From: Octopus vulgaris
Taxonomy: Eukaryota
DNA length: 64,000 nucleotides
Assembly: GCA_951406725.2 (NCBI GenBank)
Contig: OX597814.1
Coordinates: 57,164,001 to 57,228,000 of the forward strand
Reading direction: 5' to 3'
This document shows positions 40,916 through 52,880 of this stretch, piece by piece. The position numbers and the translations under genes were made by a program. Within the stretch, counting starts at the first letter, position 1, and each line of letters opens with the position of its first letter. Under the pieces are notes generated by a model, which was not told where the DNA came from, did not search any database, and saw only the letters and a program-made list of their open reading frames with translations.

Positions 40916-42203
40916 CACCCTAATGGGGACCTTAACTCCGAAATTTTAGTCATTTCTTTTATGATCCAAAACTACGTCAAAAGTACTGAATGGATCTTTA
41001 TGAAATTTGGAAATTATATTCTATGCATATGGGCCATAACCCCCATGACAGTTCATATATTTTTGCTGTTGATGAAATTGTTACCATAGATATTAGACAC
41101 AGATGAAGTAATATTTATAAAATTTCATCTTCTTACAAGCTAGAAAGACCCCTCCATGGGGACTTGACACCCACAATTTTGTCATTTTATCCAAGCAAAA
41201 ACGAATACAGTCGTGCTCTTGGAAGCTGTAGGGTTACCCGGGCATAAAAGATGAGCATCATTTGTAATTCAATGGTACAACAGTGTAACAGTTTGCTTTC
41301 ACATGCACTTACATTGTGATTTCTGCAATGTGCTGCATAAATTGTCAAGTAAATGAGAGGCATCTTTGACTCCACTGATTCAGTTGCAAAGTGTTGAGTA
41401 AAGTTATTTGATTGCAGATCTCCTTTCAGTCTTTTTATTATCACTGGGTTACACATAGTCCCCAGATGGTAACATTGATTTCAAAGCCTTCCCAGATGAG
41501 TGACTGGTTTTTCAAAGACATTTTTAGATTGTAAATTTATTCTGTCCAGTTATGTATCAGCATAGTGGTCATTTGCAAACTCCAGAGGTGACACTTTCAG
41601 TTCTCCTTGCCTCTCACGTCACACAGTTGCTAATTTTTATTTCAGTTGGGTCACACCCTTCCAATTACTATACATTCGTAATGCATCTTATAGCTGTGCC
41701 TGTCACCTGGATGGTGAGGAATCCTACATTGGAAGTGGTAATGACTAGGGCAGGGTAACTGACTGCTTATTGTGATCATTCGTCTTTTGGTTTCCTGTAG
41801 CTTTGCTCTCTTTTACAAACCCAGTGAACATATATTTCCTATTTCAAAGAAATTCAAACAATAGTTATAAGACCCAAGTTAAAAAGATCCTCAACAACTC
41901 GACTTCTCTGATTGACATTAAGATGCCCACCCCCAACAGGGGCCTTAACTCTCACATTTTAGGGCTCCATGACCTTCATTTTTCAAGAGCAAAATCTTTT
42001 TAACAGGTTCAATAAGACTAGAATTTTGGAATATGCGCATAAAAATTAGTAGTATGGGATATATGTGGCACGATTAGAATTTTTTAGGGTGTGTAAAGAG
42101 GGAAATAACCCTCATCTGCAATTTTGATGAAATTCGAAACATAGATATTCCAATTCATTAGAGAAAATATGACAGAAAAGTCTAATTCTTCAATTGCTTG
42201 TAA

Positions 42204-42232
42204 CACGGGCAACGCCAGGTATCTCCGCTAGT
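42204..42232 (+). mobile_element. Helitron-like 3' terminus
   Basis: Short GC hairpin cacgggc-aac-gccagg, then CTAG followed by T; left-arm paralog reads A^T at this position. Confidence 0.65.
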
Positions 42233-42480
42233 CATAAATAGGTGGTTGTTGAAGGAAATAGATGGTGAATAGATCATATTCAACTGGTTTATAGATCATA
42301 TAATAGATCATATTCAACTGGGGATGTCAGCCATAGAAACAAACGAATCTTTGCACCCTTTGGGTCAGCTGAGGTCAAATGTGTTTACTACTACAAGTGA
42401 CCACTGAGAGCGCTCCATTGGCCTTGAAAAGAAGAAATTCAACCAGTTCTATTTGTAATGACTGGTAGAAAAAAACAATA

Positions 42481-42513
42481 TTACATATATATACTCCCCT
42501 ATATATATATATT

Positions 42514-42605
<92 letters not shown>

Positions 42606-43531
42606 TACATATACACATATATATATATATACATATATATATAAATACACACACATATATATACATACATACATACATACACACACACATACACAAATAC
42701 ACACATACATACACACACACATACACACATACATAGATACATACACACATACATATACATACACACATACGTACACACACGCACATACACACATACACGC
42801 ATGCGCACATACATACATATATACACATACACATACACATACATGCGCACATACATACACACACACATACATATACACACACATACACACATACATACAC
42901 ACATACATAGACACATATATACATACACACACACATACATATACATACATACATACATACACACACATACATACACACATACACACATACATACATACAC
43001 ACACGCGTACATATACATACATACACATACACATACACACACACACTTACACACATACACCCGTACATACATACATACACACACACTTACATAAACACAC
43101 ATACATACACACTTACACACATACACACACACATACATACATACACACACACATACACATATACATACATATATACACACATACATACACACATACATAC
43201 ATAGATACATACATACACAAACATACATATACATACATACATACACACACACATACATACACACGCACGCACACATACACACACATACATACATACATAC
43301 ATACATACATACATACATACACACATACACACACACATACATACATACACACATGCACACATACACACATACACGCATACACACATACATACATACATAC
43401 ACACATACATACACACATACATACGTACATACATACACACATACATATACATGCATACGTACACACACGCACATACACACATACACACATGCATAAATAC
43501 ATACATACACACACATACATACATACATACA

Positions 43532-43571
<40 letters not shown>

Positions 43572-43675
43572 TACATACGTACGTACATACATACATACAC
43601 ACACACATACATACACACACATACATACATACATACATACATACATACACACACACATACACACATACACACACG

Positions 43676-43706
<31 letters not shown>

Positions 43707-44250
43707 ACATACACACACACATACATATACATACATACACATACACACACACACACACATACACACACATACATACACACATATAAACATATAAACACAC
43801 ATATAAGCCTCTACATTGTACACACACGCACACATATATACATACATTCACTCGCACGCACGTACACACACACACACACACACACACACATTTACATATA
43901 TATATACTATACACTCACACACACATACACACGTACAAACACACACAAACTCACATACACACCGACAGATATACATACACAATATACACCAATCCGCGCA
44001 CGCACGAATACACACAAACACATACAAACGCACACATACACGCACACATATACACGTACATACATACACTCTCACACAAATGAACCCACATATACATCCC
44101 TACACACACACGCGCACGTACAAGCACACACGTACTAGGTTAAACAGTTTCTCGCCACACACCCACACTCTACGCATACACACACGAACACACACATGCA
44201 CACACACACACACACACACACACACTACAAACAACACACACACATGATAC
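42481..44250. repeat. ~1.8-kb compound (TA)n/(CA)n/(CATA)n microsatellite
   Basis: Directly visible; source of spurious C/V/Y/M ORFs. Confidence 0.97.
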
Positions 44251-44400
44251 ATATAGCCCTTTGTTTTTTGTTTTCTGACCCGGCTTTGACCTGGCTTGAC
44301 ACAAACAGCTAGTAGTCATCATCACAGCTGGCTTTGTCATTGCTTTTATTCACCAAAAATACACACACACACACGCACGCACAAACACACTTGTCATCTT

Positions 44401-44441
<41 letters not shown>

Positions 44442-44588
44442 CATTCCTTTTTTTTTAACTCTCTTGCATTATAAAACCATATTTCAACTACCTTCAAATT
44501 CTGTTCTTTCAACATGTGATCTCTTTAGCACCACCAGCTCAAATATTTTCTCCTCTGTCTTCCCTCTTTGGGATCTTTCCTTCTCCTT

Positions 44589-44623
44589 GTTTCCGACGAA
44601 GAGCTCTGCTCGAAACGTTAAAC
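44589..44623 (+). ncRNA. Minimal hammerhead-like motif in an unrelated pLTR fragment
   Basis: gttt CCGACGA a gagc tct gctc GAAAC GT T aaac; palindromic ACGT stem III. Confidence 0.65.
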
Positions 44624-44745
44624 CCTCCTTCCCTTCTTTCCTGAGCGTCAATAATACTTTAATTGTTCCACGTCCTGCGTTGCTGTGTTTTTTTCTCCTT
44701 TTTTTTTTTCTCTTTTTTTCTGTGTTTTCTTGTTTGGATTAACTT

Positions 44746-44782
<37 letters not shown>

Positions 44783-44878
44783 ATAAAACGGTAAGATAAC
44801 AAAAGAAAGAAAGAGACCTCAATATTATGTAAATAGAGGAAATTTATCTATACAATATGTTACATTACTCGGTAGTCA

Positions 44879-44941
44879 AGATAAAACTCTGAGTTTCAGA
44901 TGCCGAAGTGGAAATCCACAACACCATCTCTTCGGTTATCT
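44879..44941 (-). ncRNA. Type I hammerhead-like ribozyme, unit 1; further - copies at 47459-47521, 50038-50100, 52623-52685
   Basis: Sense agataa CCGAAGA gatg..catc t GAA actc a gagt T ttatct; stems I, II and III all pair. Confidence 0.75.
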
Positions 44942-45126
44942 GGCTATTTGAAAACGTTATGAAAAAATACCGTTAAAAATGAAGGGAAATTACTCTGTTA
45001 TAACTCTGCTTTGCCTGCGTACTTATACATCGCTCGCATTTTTCGTCATAAAAATTATATAAAAATACATAAAAAATATATAAAAATATATAAAATCTTC
45101 TTGGGACATAACACAGAAAGCATGTT

Positions 45127-47253
45127 CTATCCGTTTTCTTTAGGGGACCAAAAACGTAACAGAAATTTAGTCACATGTGGGCATGATCCGAAAAGTTCTG
45201 TCCTTGTATTTAGACATGTGGTAGGGTCTAAGCTGCTTTTCCAGATAAGCCATCTCTCCATGTCGCATAAACCGCACCTTCCGCTGCCGTTAGTATAGGG
45301 CTTACATCTGGCCAAAATCTTCCATTGTATGTTATAATCGACACCTTTATCTCTTAAAGACCAAATATGATTGGATAATTGTGTCGCTTTTCTTTTGTTC
45401 CAGTGCCTAAAGCTCAAAGTGTGGTTATTGAACCTGGTCTTGAAATTACCCTCTGTCAGGCCCACGTATTTCTTCGTCAAAACGGTGTCTTTAGTGGTTA
45501 TAGAGTTTACGGTAGCCTCATATATGATGGTCTTGGACATGCAAGCTCCATTTAGCGGGCACAATTCTTTATTCCTGCATGAACAGCTGTTTTCTTCTTG
45601 TGTTTTTTGTATGTTATGATTGATTATGTTTTTAAAATTGGTAGTTGAACTAAAACTAATTTTTAAATTGTGTCTATTGAAGAGTTTCCTATAAGCATGG
45701 TTAACTGGAAAATGTCTATCTATCAGTGCTAGGAAATATTTACCTATATTGAAGGCCACCTCGGGTGAGTAAGGGGGCGTAAACCAGATGACCTTCCTAT
45801 TTCTATTATTCCTTTTCCTTATTGTTGGGCTGGTGATAGGTGTATATTTTATTTTTTCGCTAAAACCACTATCTTTTAAAGCTTTATTATAAACTGGGGC
45901 AACGCTATTGAAGATGTCCTCATTAGATGAGAGGCTAGAAATCCTATTACTAATATTTTTAACTAAATTTTTGAATACTATAGGGGGATGGCATGAACCT
46001 ACATTAATATAACTTAGTCTATCATTGGGCTTCCTATAAGGCTTATAAATATTATTATTAAGATCTAAGGAAACGTCTAAGAAATTGACAACCGTCAGGT
46101 TAGTGTCTATAGTTATACTAAGTCCGAAGTGTTTCATTAACTGGATAATATCCTTCCTAAAACGATCTTGTGCTGGTCCATTTGTATTAGCTGTTAAGGC
46201 GAGGGCATCATCTTTGTAGATGGCGAAATGTACGTTAGGGAATGTCTTACTGAAGGTATCTAGGAGAAAGAGTCCAATTAGATCACAGATGCCTGCCCCA
46301 TCATATGAACCCATGCTCACATCGAAAGCGCCCTCCGTGTCGGTGTTTTTTACCCACTTTGCATTCTCACTGAAAAGTAATGTCTTTCTAGCATGGAAGA
46401 TTATATCCTTATCATTGGTACTAATTTCTATGAAGTCACTAGCGAAGATTAGGGCTTTATCTAGCAGTTCTTTAGAGATAGAGGCATAAAAATCAACAAT
46501 ATCGAATTGTGTAAACCTCGCTTTTTTCTTATTCTTAATAGCTTTAAACCAGTCTACGACTTCTATACTATTGGACCATTGCACTAGCCTAGTATCGCTC
46601 TTAATTTTCGTATTTATTTTATCTAAAATTTCTTTGCTAATAATCCCTAGTTCTGACTTGGCTGGGTTGATAAGCCTACATTTAGGATTGGAAAGGAAGT
46701 TTTCTTTGTGGTCTTTAATAGTAATAAAGGCCTCTTTTTGGGGGAGGGTTTCTATTTTTTTATCTAATTTAAGTTTAGCGGCGATGACGCTAGCTTCTTT
46801 ATTAATTTCGTTATATGTCTGTGCCCTAGCTTTAGTATAATTATTAATGATGCTGTTGTGTAAGAGTTGTGTGTATTTGCTGTTATCTACCAGGTATAAG
46901 TTCTTGGTTTTATCCGAAAAAAGTGCTTTTTTCTTGGAGCTTTTTATATGATCAATATCTTTCTTCAATTTATGTTGGAAATTGTTAAAAGACTTACGAA
47001 ACTTTATTTTGCTCATGATCTTCAGCAGGTCCGCTTCGAAATCTTCCAAGCCTTTAATCCTAGGAGGGAATTTTTTGGATTTTATCCGATAGCAAATGTT
47101 TTCCTTGGTGTTCGCTTCTGTGTCAAAAAAGAAAGCCTTCCATCTCATACGCTTAATTACATCAGTAATTTTTTGCAGAAGTTTCTTAGAGTAAAAATCC
47201 TTTGATGGGATCGGTATATTTTTCATAGAATAATCTATGTGATATGCGTCCAT
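45127..47253 (-). CDS. Penelope/Naiad RT + GIY-YIG endonuclease, 708 aa, intact
   Basis: KDHK, RLINP, FDIVDFY-SI, MGSYDGA, YKDD, FLDVSLDL, CSC-CPLNGAC, IIY..YVG, R..NH, CGLCDME, CPH. Confidence 0.95.
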   Translation of the reverse strand: MDAYHIDYSMKNIPIPSKDFYSKKLLQKITDVIKRMRWKAFFFDTEANTKENICYRIKSKKFPPRIKGLEDFEADLLKIMSKIKFRKSFNNFQHKLKKDIDHIKSSKKKALFSDKTKNLYLVDNSKYTQLLHNSIINNYTKARAQTYNEINKEASVIAAKLKLDKKIETLPQKEAFITIKDHKENFLSNPKCRLINPAKSELGIISKEILDKINTKIKSDTRLVQWSNSIEVVDWFKAIKNKKKARFTQFDIVDFYASISKELLDKALIFASDFIEISTNDKDIIFHARKTLLFSENAKWVKNTDTEGAFDVSMGSYDGAGICDLIGLFLLDTFSKTFPNVHFAIYKDDALALTANTNGPAQDRFRKDIIQLMKHFGLSITIDTNLTVVNFLDVSLDLNNNIYKPYRKPNDRLSYINVGSCHPPIVFKNLVKNISNRISSLSSNEDIFNSVAPVYNKALKDSGFSEKIKYTPITSPTIRKRNNRNRKVIWFTPPYSPEVAFNIGKYFLALIDRHFPVNHAYRKLFNRHNLKISFSSTTNFKNIINHNIQKTQEENSCSCRNKELCPLNGACMSKTIIYEATVNSITTKDTVLTKKYVGLTEGNFKTRFNNHTLSFRHWNKRKATQLSNHIWSLRDKGVDYNIQWKILARCKPYTNGSGRCGLCDMERWLIWKSSLDPTTCLNTRTELFGSCPHVTKFLLRFWSPKENG

Positions 47254-47706
47254 ATTAGATTCTTTTGTTTGTGAGAGTCCTCAACCGATGTTAGGCGATA
47301 ATCCCAAAAAGGTCGTATTAGCTCTTAGTTGAGAATAACGTCGTCCGGGAGGTGATTTATTGATAAAACGGTAAGATAACAAAAGAAAGAAAGAGACCTC
47401 AATATTATGTAAATAGAGGAAATTTATCTATACAATATGTTACATTACTCGGTAGTCAAGATAAAACTCTGAGTTTCAGATGCCGAAGTGGAAATCCACA
47501 ACACCATCTCTTCGGTTATCTGGCTATTTGAAAACGTTATGAAAAAATACCGTTAAAAATGAAGGGAAATTACTCTGTTATAACTCTGCTTTGCCTGCGT
47601 ACTTATACATCGCTCGCATTTTTCGTCATAAAAATTATATAAAAATACATAAAAAATATATAAAAATATATAAAATCTTCTTGGGACATAACACAGAAAG
47701 CATGTT

Positions 47707-49832
47707 CTATCCGTTTTCTTTAGGGGACCAAAAACGTAACAGAAATTTAGTCACATGTGGGCATGATCCGAAAAGTTCTGTCCTTGTATTTAGACATGTG
47801 GTAGGGTCTAAGCTGCTTTTCCAGATAAGCCATCTCTCCATGTCGCATAAACCGCACCTTCCGCTGCCGTTAGTATAGGGCTTACATCTGGCCAAAATCT
47901 TCCATTGTATGTTATAATCGACACCTTTATCTCTTAAAGACCAAATATGATTGGATAATTGTGTCGCTTTTCTTTTGTTCCAGTGCCTAAAGCTCAAAGT
48001 GTGGTTATTGAACCTGGTCTTGAAATTACCCTCTGTCAGGCCCACGTATTTCTTCGTCAAAACGGTGTCTTTAGTGGTTATAGAGTTTACGGTAGCCTCA
48101 TATATGATGGTCTTGGACATGCAAGCTCCATTTAGCGGGCACAATTCTTTATTCCTGCATGAACAGCTGTTTTCTTCTTGTGTTTTTTGTATGTTATGAT
48201 TGATTATGTTTTTAAAATTGGTAGTTGAACTAAAACTAATTTTTAAATTGTGTCTATTGAAGAGTTTCCTATAAGCATGGTTAACTGGAAAATGTCTATC
48301 TATCAGTGCTAGGAAATATTTACCTATATTGAAGGCCACCTCGGGTGAGTAAGGGGGCGTAAACCAGATGACCTTCCTATTTCTATTATTCCTTTTCCTT
48401 ATTGTTGGGCTGGTGATAGGTGTATATTTTATTTTTTCGCTAAAACCACTATCTTTTAAAGCTTTATTATAAACTGGGGCAACGCTATTGAAGATGTCCT
48501 CATTAGATGAGAGGCTAGAAATCCTATTACTAATATTTTTAACTAAATTTTTGAATACTATAGGGGGATGGCATGAACCTACATTAATATAACTTAGTCT
48601 ATCATTGGGCTTCCTATAAGGCTTATAAATATTATTATTAAGATCTAAGGAAACGTCTAAGAAATTGACAACCGTCAGGTTAGTGTCTATAGTTATACTA
48701 AGTCCGAAGTGTTTCATTAACTGGATAATATCCTTCCTAAAACGATCTTGTGCTGGTCCATTTGTATTAGCTGTTAAGGCGAGGGCATCATCTTTGTAGA
48801 TGGCGAAATGTACGTTAGGGAATGTCTTACTGAAGGTATCTAGGAGAAAGAGTCCAATTAGATCACAGATGCCTGCCCCATCATATGAACCCATGCTCAC
48901 ATCGAAAGCGCCCTCCGTGTCGGTGTTTTTTACCCACTTTGCATTCTCACTGAAAAGTAATGTCTTTCTAGCATGGAAGATTATATCCTTATCATTGGTA
49001 CTAATTTCTATGAAGTCACTAGCGAAGATTAGGGCTTTATCTAGCAGTTCTTTAGAGATAGAGGCATAAAAATCAACAATATCGAATTGTGTAAACCTCG
49101 CTTTTTTCTTATTCTTAATAGCTTTAAACCAGTCTACGACTTCTATACTATTGGACCATTGCACTAGCCTAGTATCGCTCTTAATTTTCGTATTTATTTT
49201 ATCTAAAATTTCTTTGCTAATAATCCCTAGTTCTGACTTGGCTGGGTTGATAAGCCTACATTTAGGATTGGAAAGGAAGTTTTCTTTGTGGTCTTTAATA
49301 GTAATAAAGGCCTCTTTTTGGGGAGGGTTTCTATTTTTTTATCTAATTTAAGTTTAGCGGCGATGACGCTAGCTTCTTTATTAATTTCGTTATATGTCTG
49401 TGCCCTAGCTTTAGTATAATTATTAATGATGCTGTTGTGTAAGAGTTGTGTGTATTTGCTGTTATCTACCAGGTATAAGTTCTTGGTTTTATCCGAAAAA
49501 AGTGCTTTTTTCTTGGAGCTTTTTATATGATCAATATCTTTCTTCAATTTATGTTGGAAATTGTTAAAAGACTTACGAAACTTTATTTTGCTCATGATCT
49601 TCAGCAGGTCCGCTTCGAAATCTTCCAAGCCTTTAATCCTAGGAGGGAATTTTTTGGATTTTATCCGATAGCAAATGTTTTCCTTGGTGTTCGCTTCTGT
49701 GTCAAAAAAGAAAGCCTTCCATCTCATACGCTTAATTACATCAGTAATTTTTTGCAGAAGTTTCTTAGAGTAAAAATCCTTTGATGGGATCGGTATATTT
49801 TTCATAGAATAATCTATGTGATATGCGTCCAT
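47707..49832 (-). pseudogene. Naiad ORF copy 2, 1-bp frameshift
   Basis: G5 to G4 at ~49321; otherwise matches copy 1; may be a homopolymer sequencing error. Confidence 0.85.
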
Positions 49833-50290
49833 ATTAGATTCTTTTGTTTGTGAGAGTCCTCAACCGATGTTAGGCGATAATCCCAAAAAGGTCGTATTAG
49901 CTCTTAGTTGAGAATAACGTCGTCCGGGAGGTGATTTATTGATAAAACGGTAAGATAACAAAAGAAAGAAAGAGACCTCAATATTATGTAAATAGAGGAA
50001 ATTTATCTATACAATATGTTACATTACTCGGTAGTCAAGATAAAACTCTGAGTTTCAGATGCCGAAGTGGAAATCCACAACACCATCTCTTCGGTTATCT
50101 GGCTATTTGAAAACGTTATGAAAAAATACCGTTAAAAATGAAGGGAAATTACTCTGTTATAACTCTGCTTTGCCTGCGTACTTATACATCGCTCGCATTT
50201 TTCGTCATAAAAATTATATAAAAATACATAAAAAATATATAAAAATATATAAAAATATATCTTCTTGGGACATAACACAGAAAGCATGTT

Positions 50291-52417
50291 CTATCCGTTT
50301 TCTTTAGGGGACCAAAAACGTAACAGAAATTTAGTCACATGTGGGCATGATCCGAAAAGTTCTGTCCTTGTATTTAGACATGTGGTAGGGTCTAAGCTGC
50401 TTTTCCAGATAAGCCATCTCTCCATGTCGCATAAACCGCACCTTCCGCTGCCGTTAGTATAGGGCTTACATCTGGCCAAAATCTTCCATTGTATGTTATA
50501 ATCGACACCTTTATCTCTTAAAGACCAAATATGATTGGATAATTGTGTCGCTTTTCTTTTGTTCCAGTGCCTAAAGCTCAAAGTGTGGTTATTGAACCTG
50601 GTCTTGAAATTACCCTCTGTCAGGCCCACGTATTTCTTCGTCAAAACGGTGTCTTTAGTGGTTATAGAGTTTACGGTAGCCTCATATATGATGGTCTTGG
50701 ACATGCAAGCTCCATTTAGCGGGCACAATTCTTTATTCCTGCATGAACAGCTGTTTTCTTCTTGTGTTTTTTGTATGTTATGATTGATTATGTTTTTAAA
50801 ATTGGTAGTTGAACTAAAACTAATTTTTAAATTGTGTCTATTGAAGAGTTTCCTATAAGCATGGTTAACTGGAAAATGTCTATCTATCAGTGCTAGGAAA
50901 TATTTACCTATATTGAAGGCCACCTCGGGTGAGTAAGGGGGCGTAAACCAGATGACCTTCCTATTTCTATTATTCCTTTTCCTTATTGTTGGGCTGGTGA
51001 TAGGTGTATATTTTATTTTTTCGCTAAAACCACTATCTTTTAAAGCTTTATTATAAACTGGGGCAACGCTATTGAAGATGTCCTCATTAGATGAGAGGCT
51101 AGAAATCCTATTACTAATATTTTTAACTAAATTTTTGAATACTATAGGGGGATGGCATGAACCTACATTAATATAACTTAGTCTATCATTGGGCTTCCTA
51201 TAAGGCTTATAAATATTATTATTAAGATCTAAGGAAACGTCTAAGAAATTGACAACCGTCAGGTTAGTGTCTATAGTTATACTAAGTCCGAAGTGTTTCA
51301 TTAACTGGATAATATCCTTCCTAAAACGATCTTGTGCTGGTCCATTTGTATTAGCTGTTAAGGCGAGGGCATCATCTTTGTAGATGGCGAAATGTACGTT
51401 AGGGAATGTCTTACTGAAGGTATCTAGGAGAAAGAGTCCAATTAGATCACAGATGCCTGCCCCATCATATGAACCCATGCTCACATCGAAAGCGCCCTCC
51501 GTGTCGGTGTTTTTTACCCACTTTGCATTCTCACTGAAAAGTAATGTCTTTCTAGCATGGAAGATTATATCCTTATCATTGGTACTAATTTCTATGAAGT
51601 CACTAGCGAAGATTAGGGCTTTATCTAGCAGTTCTTTAGAGATAGAGGCATAAAAATCAACAATATCGAATTGTGTAAACCTCGCTTTTTTCTTATTCTT
51701 AATAGCTTTAAACCAGTCTACGACTTCTATACTATTGGACCATTGCACTAGCCTAGTATCGGTCTTAATTTTCGTATTTATTTTATCTAAAATTTCTTTG
51801 CTAATAATCCCTAGTTCTGACTTGGCTGGGTTGATAAGCCTACATTTAGGATTGGAAAGGAAGTTTTCTTTGTGGTCTTTAATAGTAATAAAGGCCTCTT
51901 TTTGGGGGAGGGTTTCTATTTTTTTATCTAATTTAAGTTTAGCGGCGATGACGCTAGCTTCTTTATTAATTTCGTTATATGTCTGTGCCCTAGCCTTAGT
52001 ATAATTATTAATGATGCTGTTGTGTAAGAGTTGTGTGTATTTGCTGTTATCTACCAGGTATAAGTTCTTGGTTTTATCCGAAAAAAGTGCTTTTTTCTTG
52101 GAGCTTTTTATATGATCAATATCTTTCTTCAATTTATGTTGGAAATTGTTAAAAGACTTACGAAACTTTATTTTGCTCATGATCTTCAGCAGGTCCGCTT
52201 CGAAATCTTCCAAGCCTTTAATCCTAGGAGGGAATTTTTTGGATTTTATCCGATAGCAAATGTTTTCCTTGGTGTTCGCTTCTGTGTCAAAAAAGAAAGC
52301 CTTCCATCTCATACGCTTAATTACATCAGTAATTTTTTGCAGAAGTTTCTTAGAGTAAAAATCCTTTGATGGGATCGGTATATTTTTCATAGAATAATCT
52401 ATGTGATATGCGTCCAT
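50291..52417 (-). CDS. Naiad ORF copy 3, 708 aa, intact
   Basis: Same as copy 1 except KSDTR to KTDTR. Confidence 0.95.
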   Translation of the reverse strand: MDAYHIDYSMKNIPIPSKDFYSKKLLQKITDVIKRMRWKAFFFDTEANTKENICYRIKSKKFPPRIKGLEDFEADLLKIMSKIKFRKSFNNFQHKLKKDIDHIKSSKKKALFSDKTKNLYLVDNSKYTQLLHNSIINNYTKARAQTYNEINKEASVIAAKLKLDKKIETLPQKEAFITIKDHKENFLSNPKCRLINPAKSELGIISKEILDKINTKIKTDTRLVQWSNSIEVVDWFKAIKNKKKARFTQFDIVDFYASISKELLDKALIFASDFIEISTNDKDIIFHARKTLLFSENAKWVKNTDTEGAFDVSMGSYDGAGICDLIGLFLLDTFSKTFPNVHFAIYKDDALALTANTNGPAQDRFRKDIIQLMKHFGLSITIDTNLTVVNFLDVSLDLNNNIYKPYRKPNDRLSYINVGSCHPPIVFKNLVKNISNRISSLSSNEDIFNSVAPVYNKALKDSGFSEKIKYTPITSPTIRKRNNRNRKVIWFTPPYSPEVAFNIGKYFLALIDRHFPVNHAYRKLFNRHNLKISFSSTTNFKNIINHNIQKTQEENSCSCRNKELCPLNGACMSKTIIYEATVNSITTKDTVLTKKYVGLTEGNFKTRFNNHTLSFRHWNKRKATQLSNHIWSLRDKGVDYNIQWKILARCKPYTNGSGRCGLCDMERWLIWKSSLDPTTCLNTRTELFGSCPHVTKFLLRFWSPKENG

Positions 52418-52880
52418 ATTAGATTCTTTTGTTTGTGAGAGTCCTCAACCGATGTTAGGCGATAATCCCAAAAAGGTCGTATTAGCTCTTAGTTGAGAAT
52501 AACGTCGTCCGGGAGGTGATTTATTGATAAAACGGTAAGATAACAAAAGAAAGAAAGAGACCTCAATATTATGTAAATAGAGGAAATTTATCTATACAAT
52601 ATGTTACATTACTCGGTAGTCAAGATAAAACTCTGAGTTTCAGATGCCGAAGTGGAAATCCACAACACCATCTCTTCGGTTATCTGGCTATTTGAAAACG
52701 TTATGAAAAAATACCGTTAAAAATGAAGGGAAATTACTCTGTTATAACTCTGCTTTGCCTGCGTACTTATACATCGCTCGCATTTTTCGTCATAAAAATT
52801 ATATAAAAATACATAAAAAATATATAAAAATATATAAAAATATATAAAATCTTCTTGGGACATAACACAGAAAGCATGTT

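Noticed and set aside
42449-44247. Long ORFs up to 449 aa rich in C/V/Y/M or H/T/I
   Set aside because: Translations of dinucleotide and tetranucleotide microsatellites; the same applies to similar ORFs near 8.6, 13.9, 19.7, 20.6, 25.0, 26.6 and 39.0-40.1 kb
45011-47205. Repeated antisense ORFs (82-95 aa) in every Naiad unit
   Set aside because: Shadow frames that recur only because the units are near-identical; no motifs
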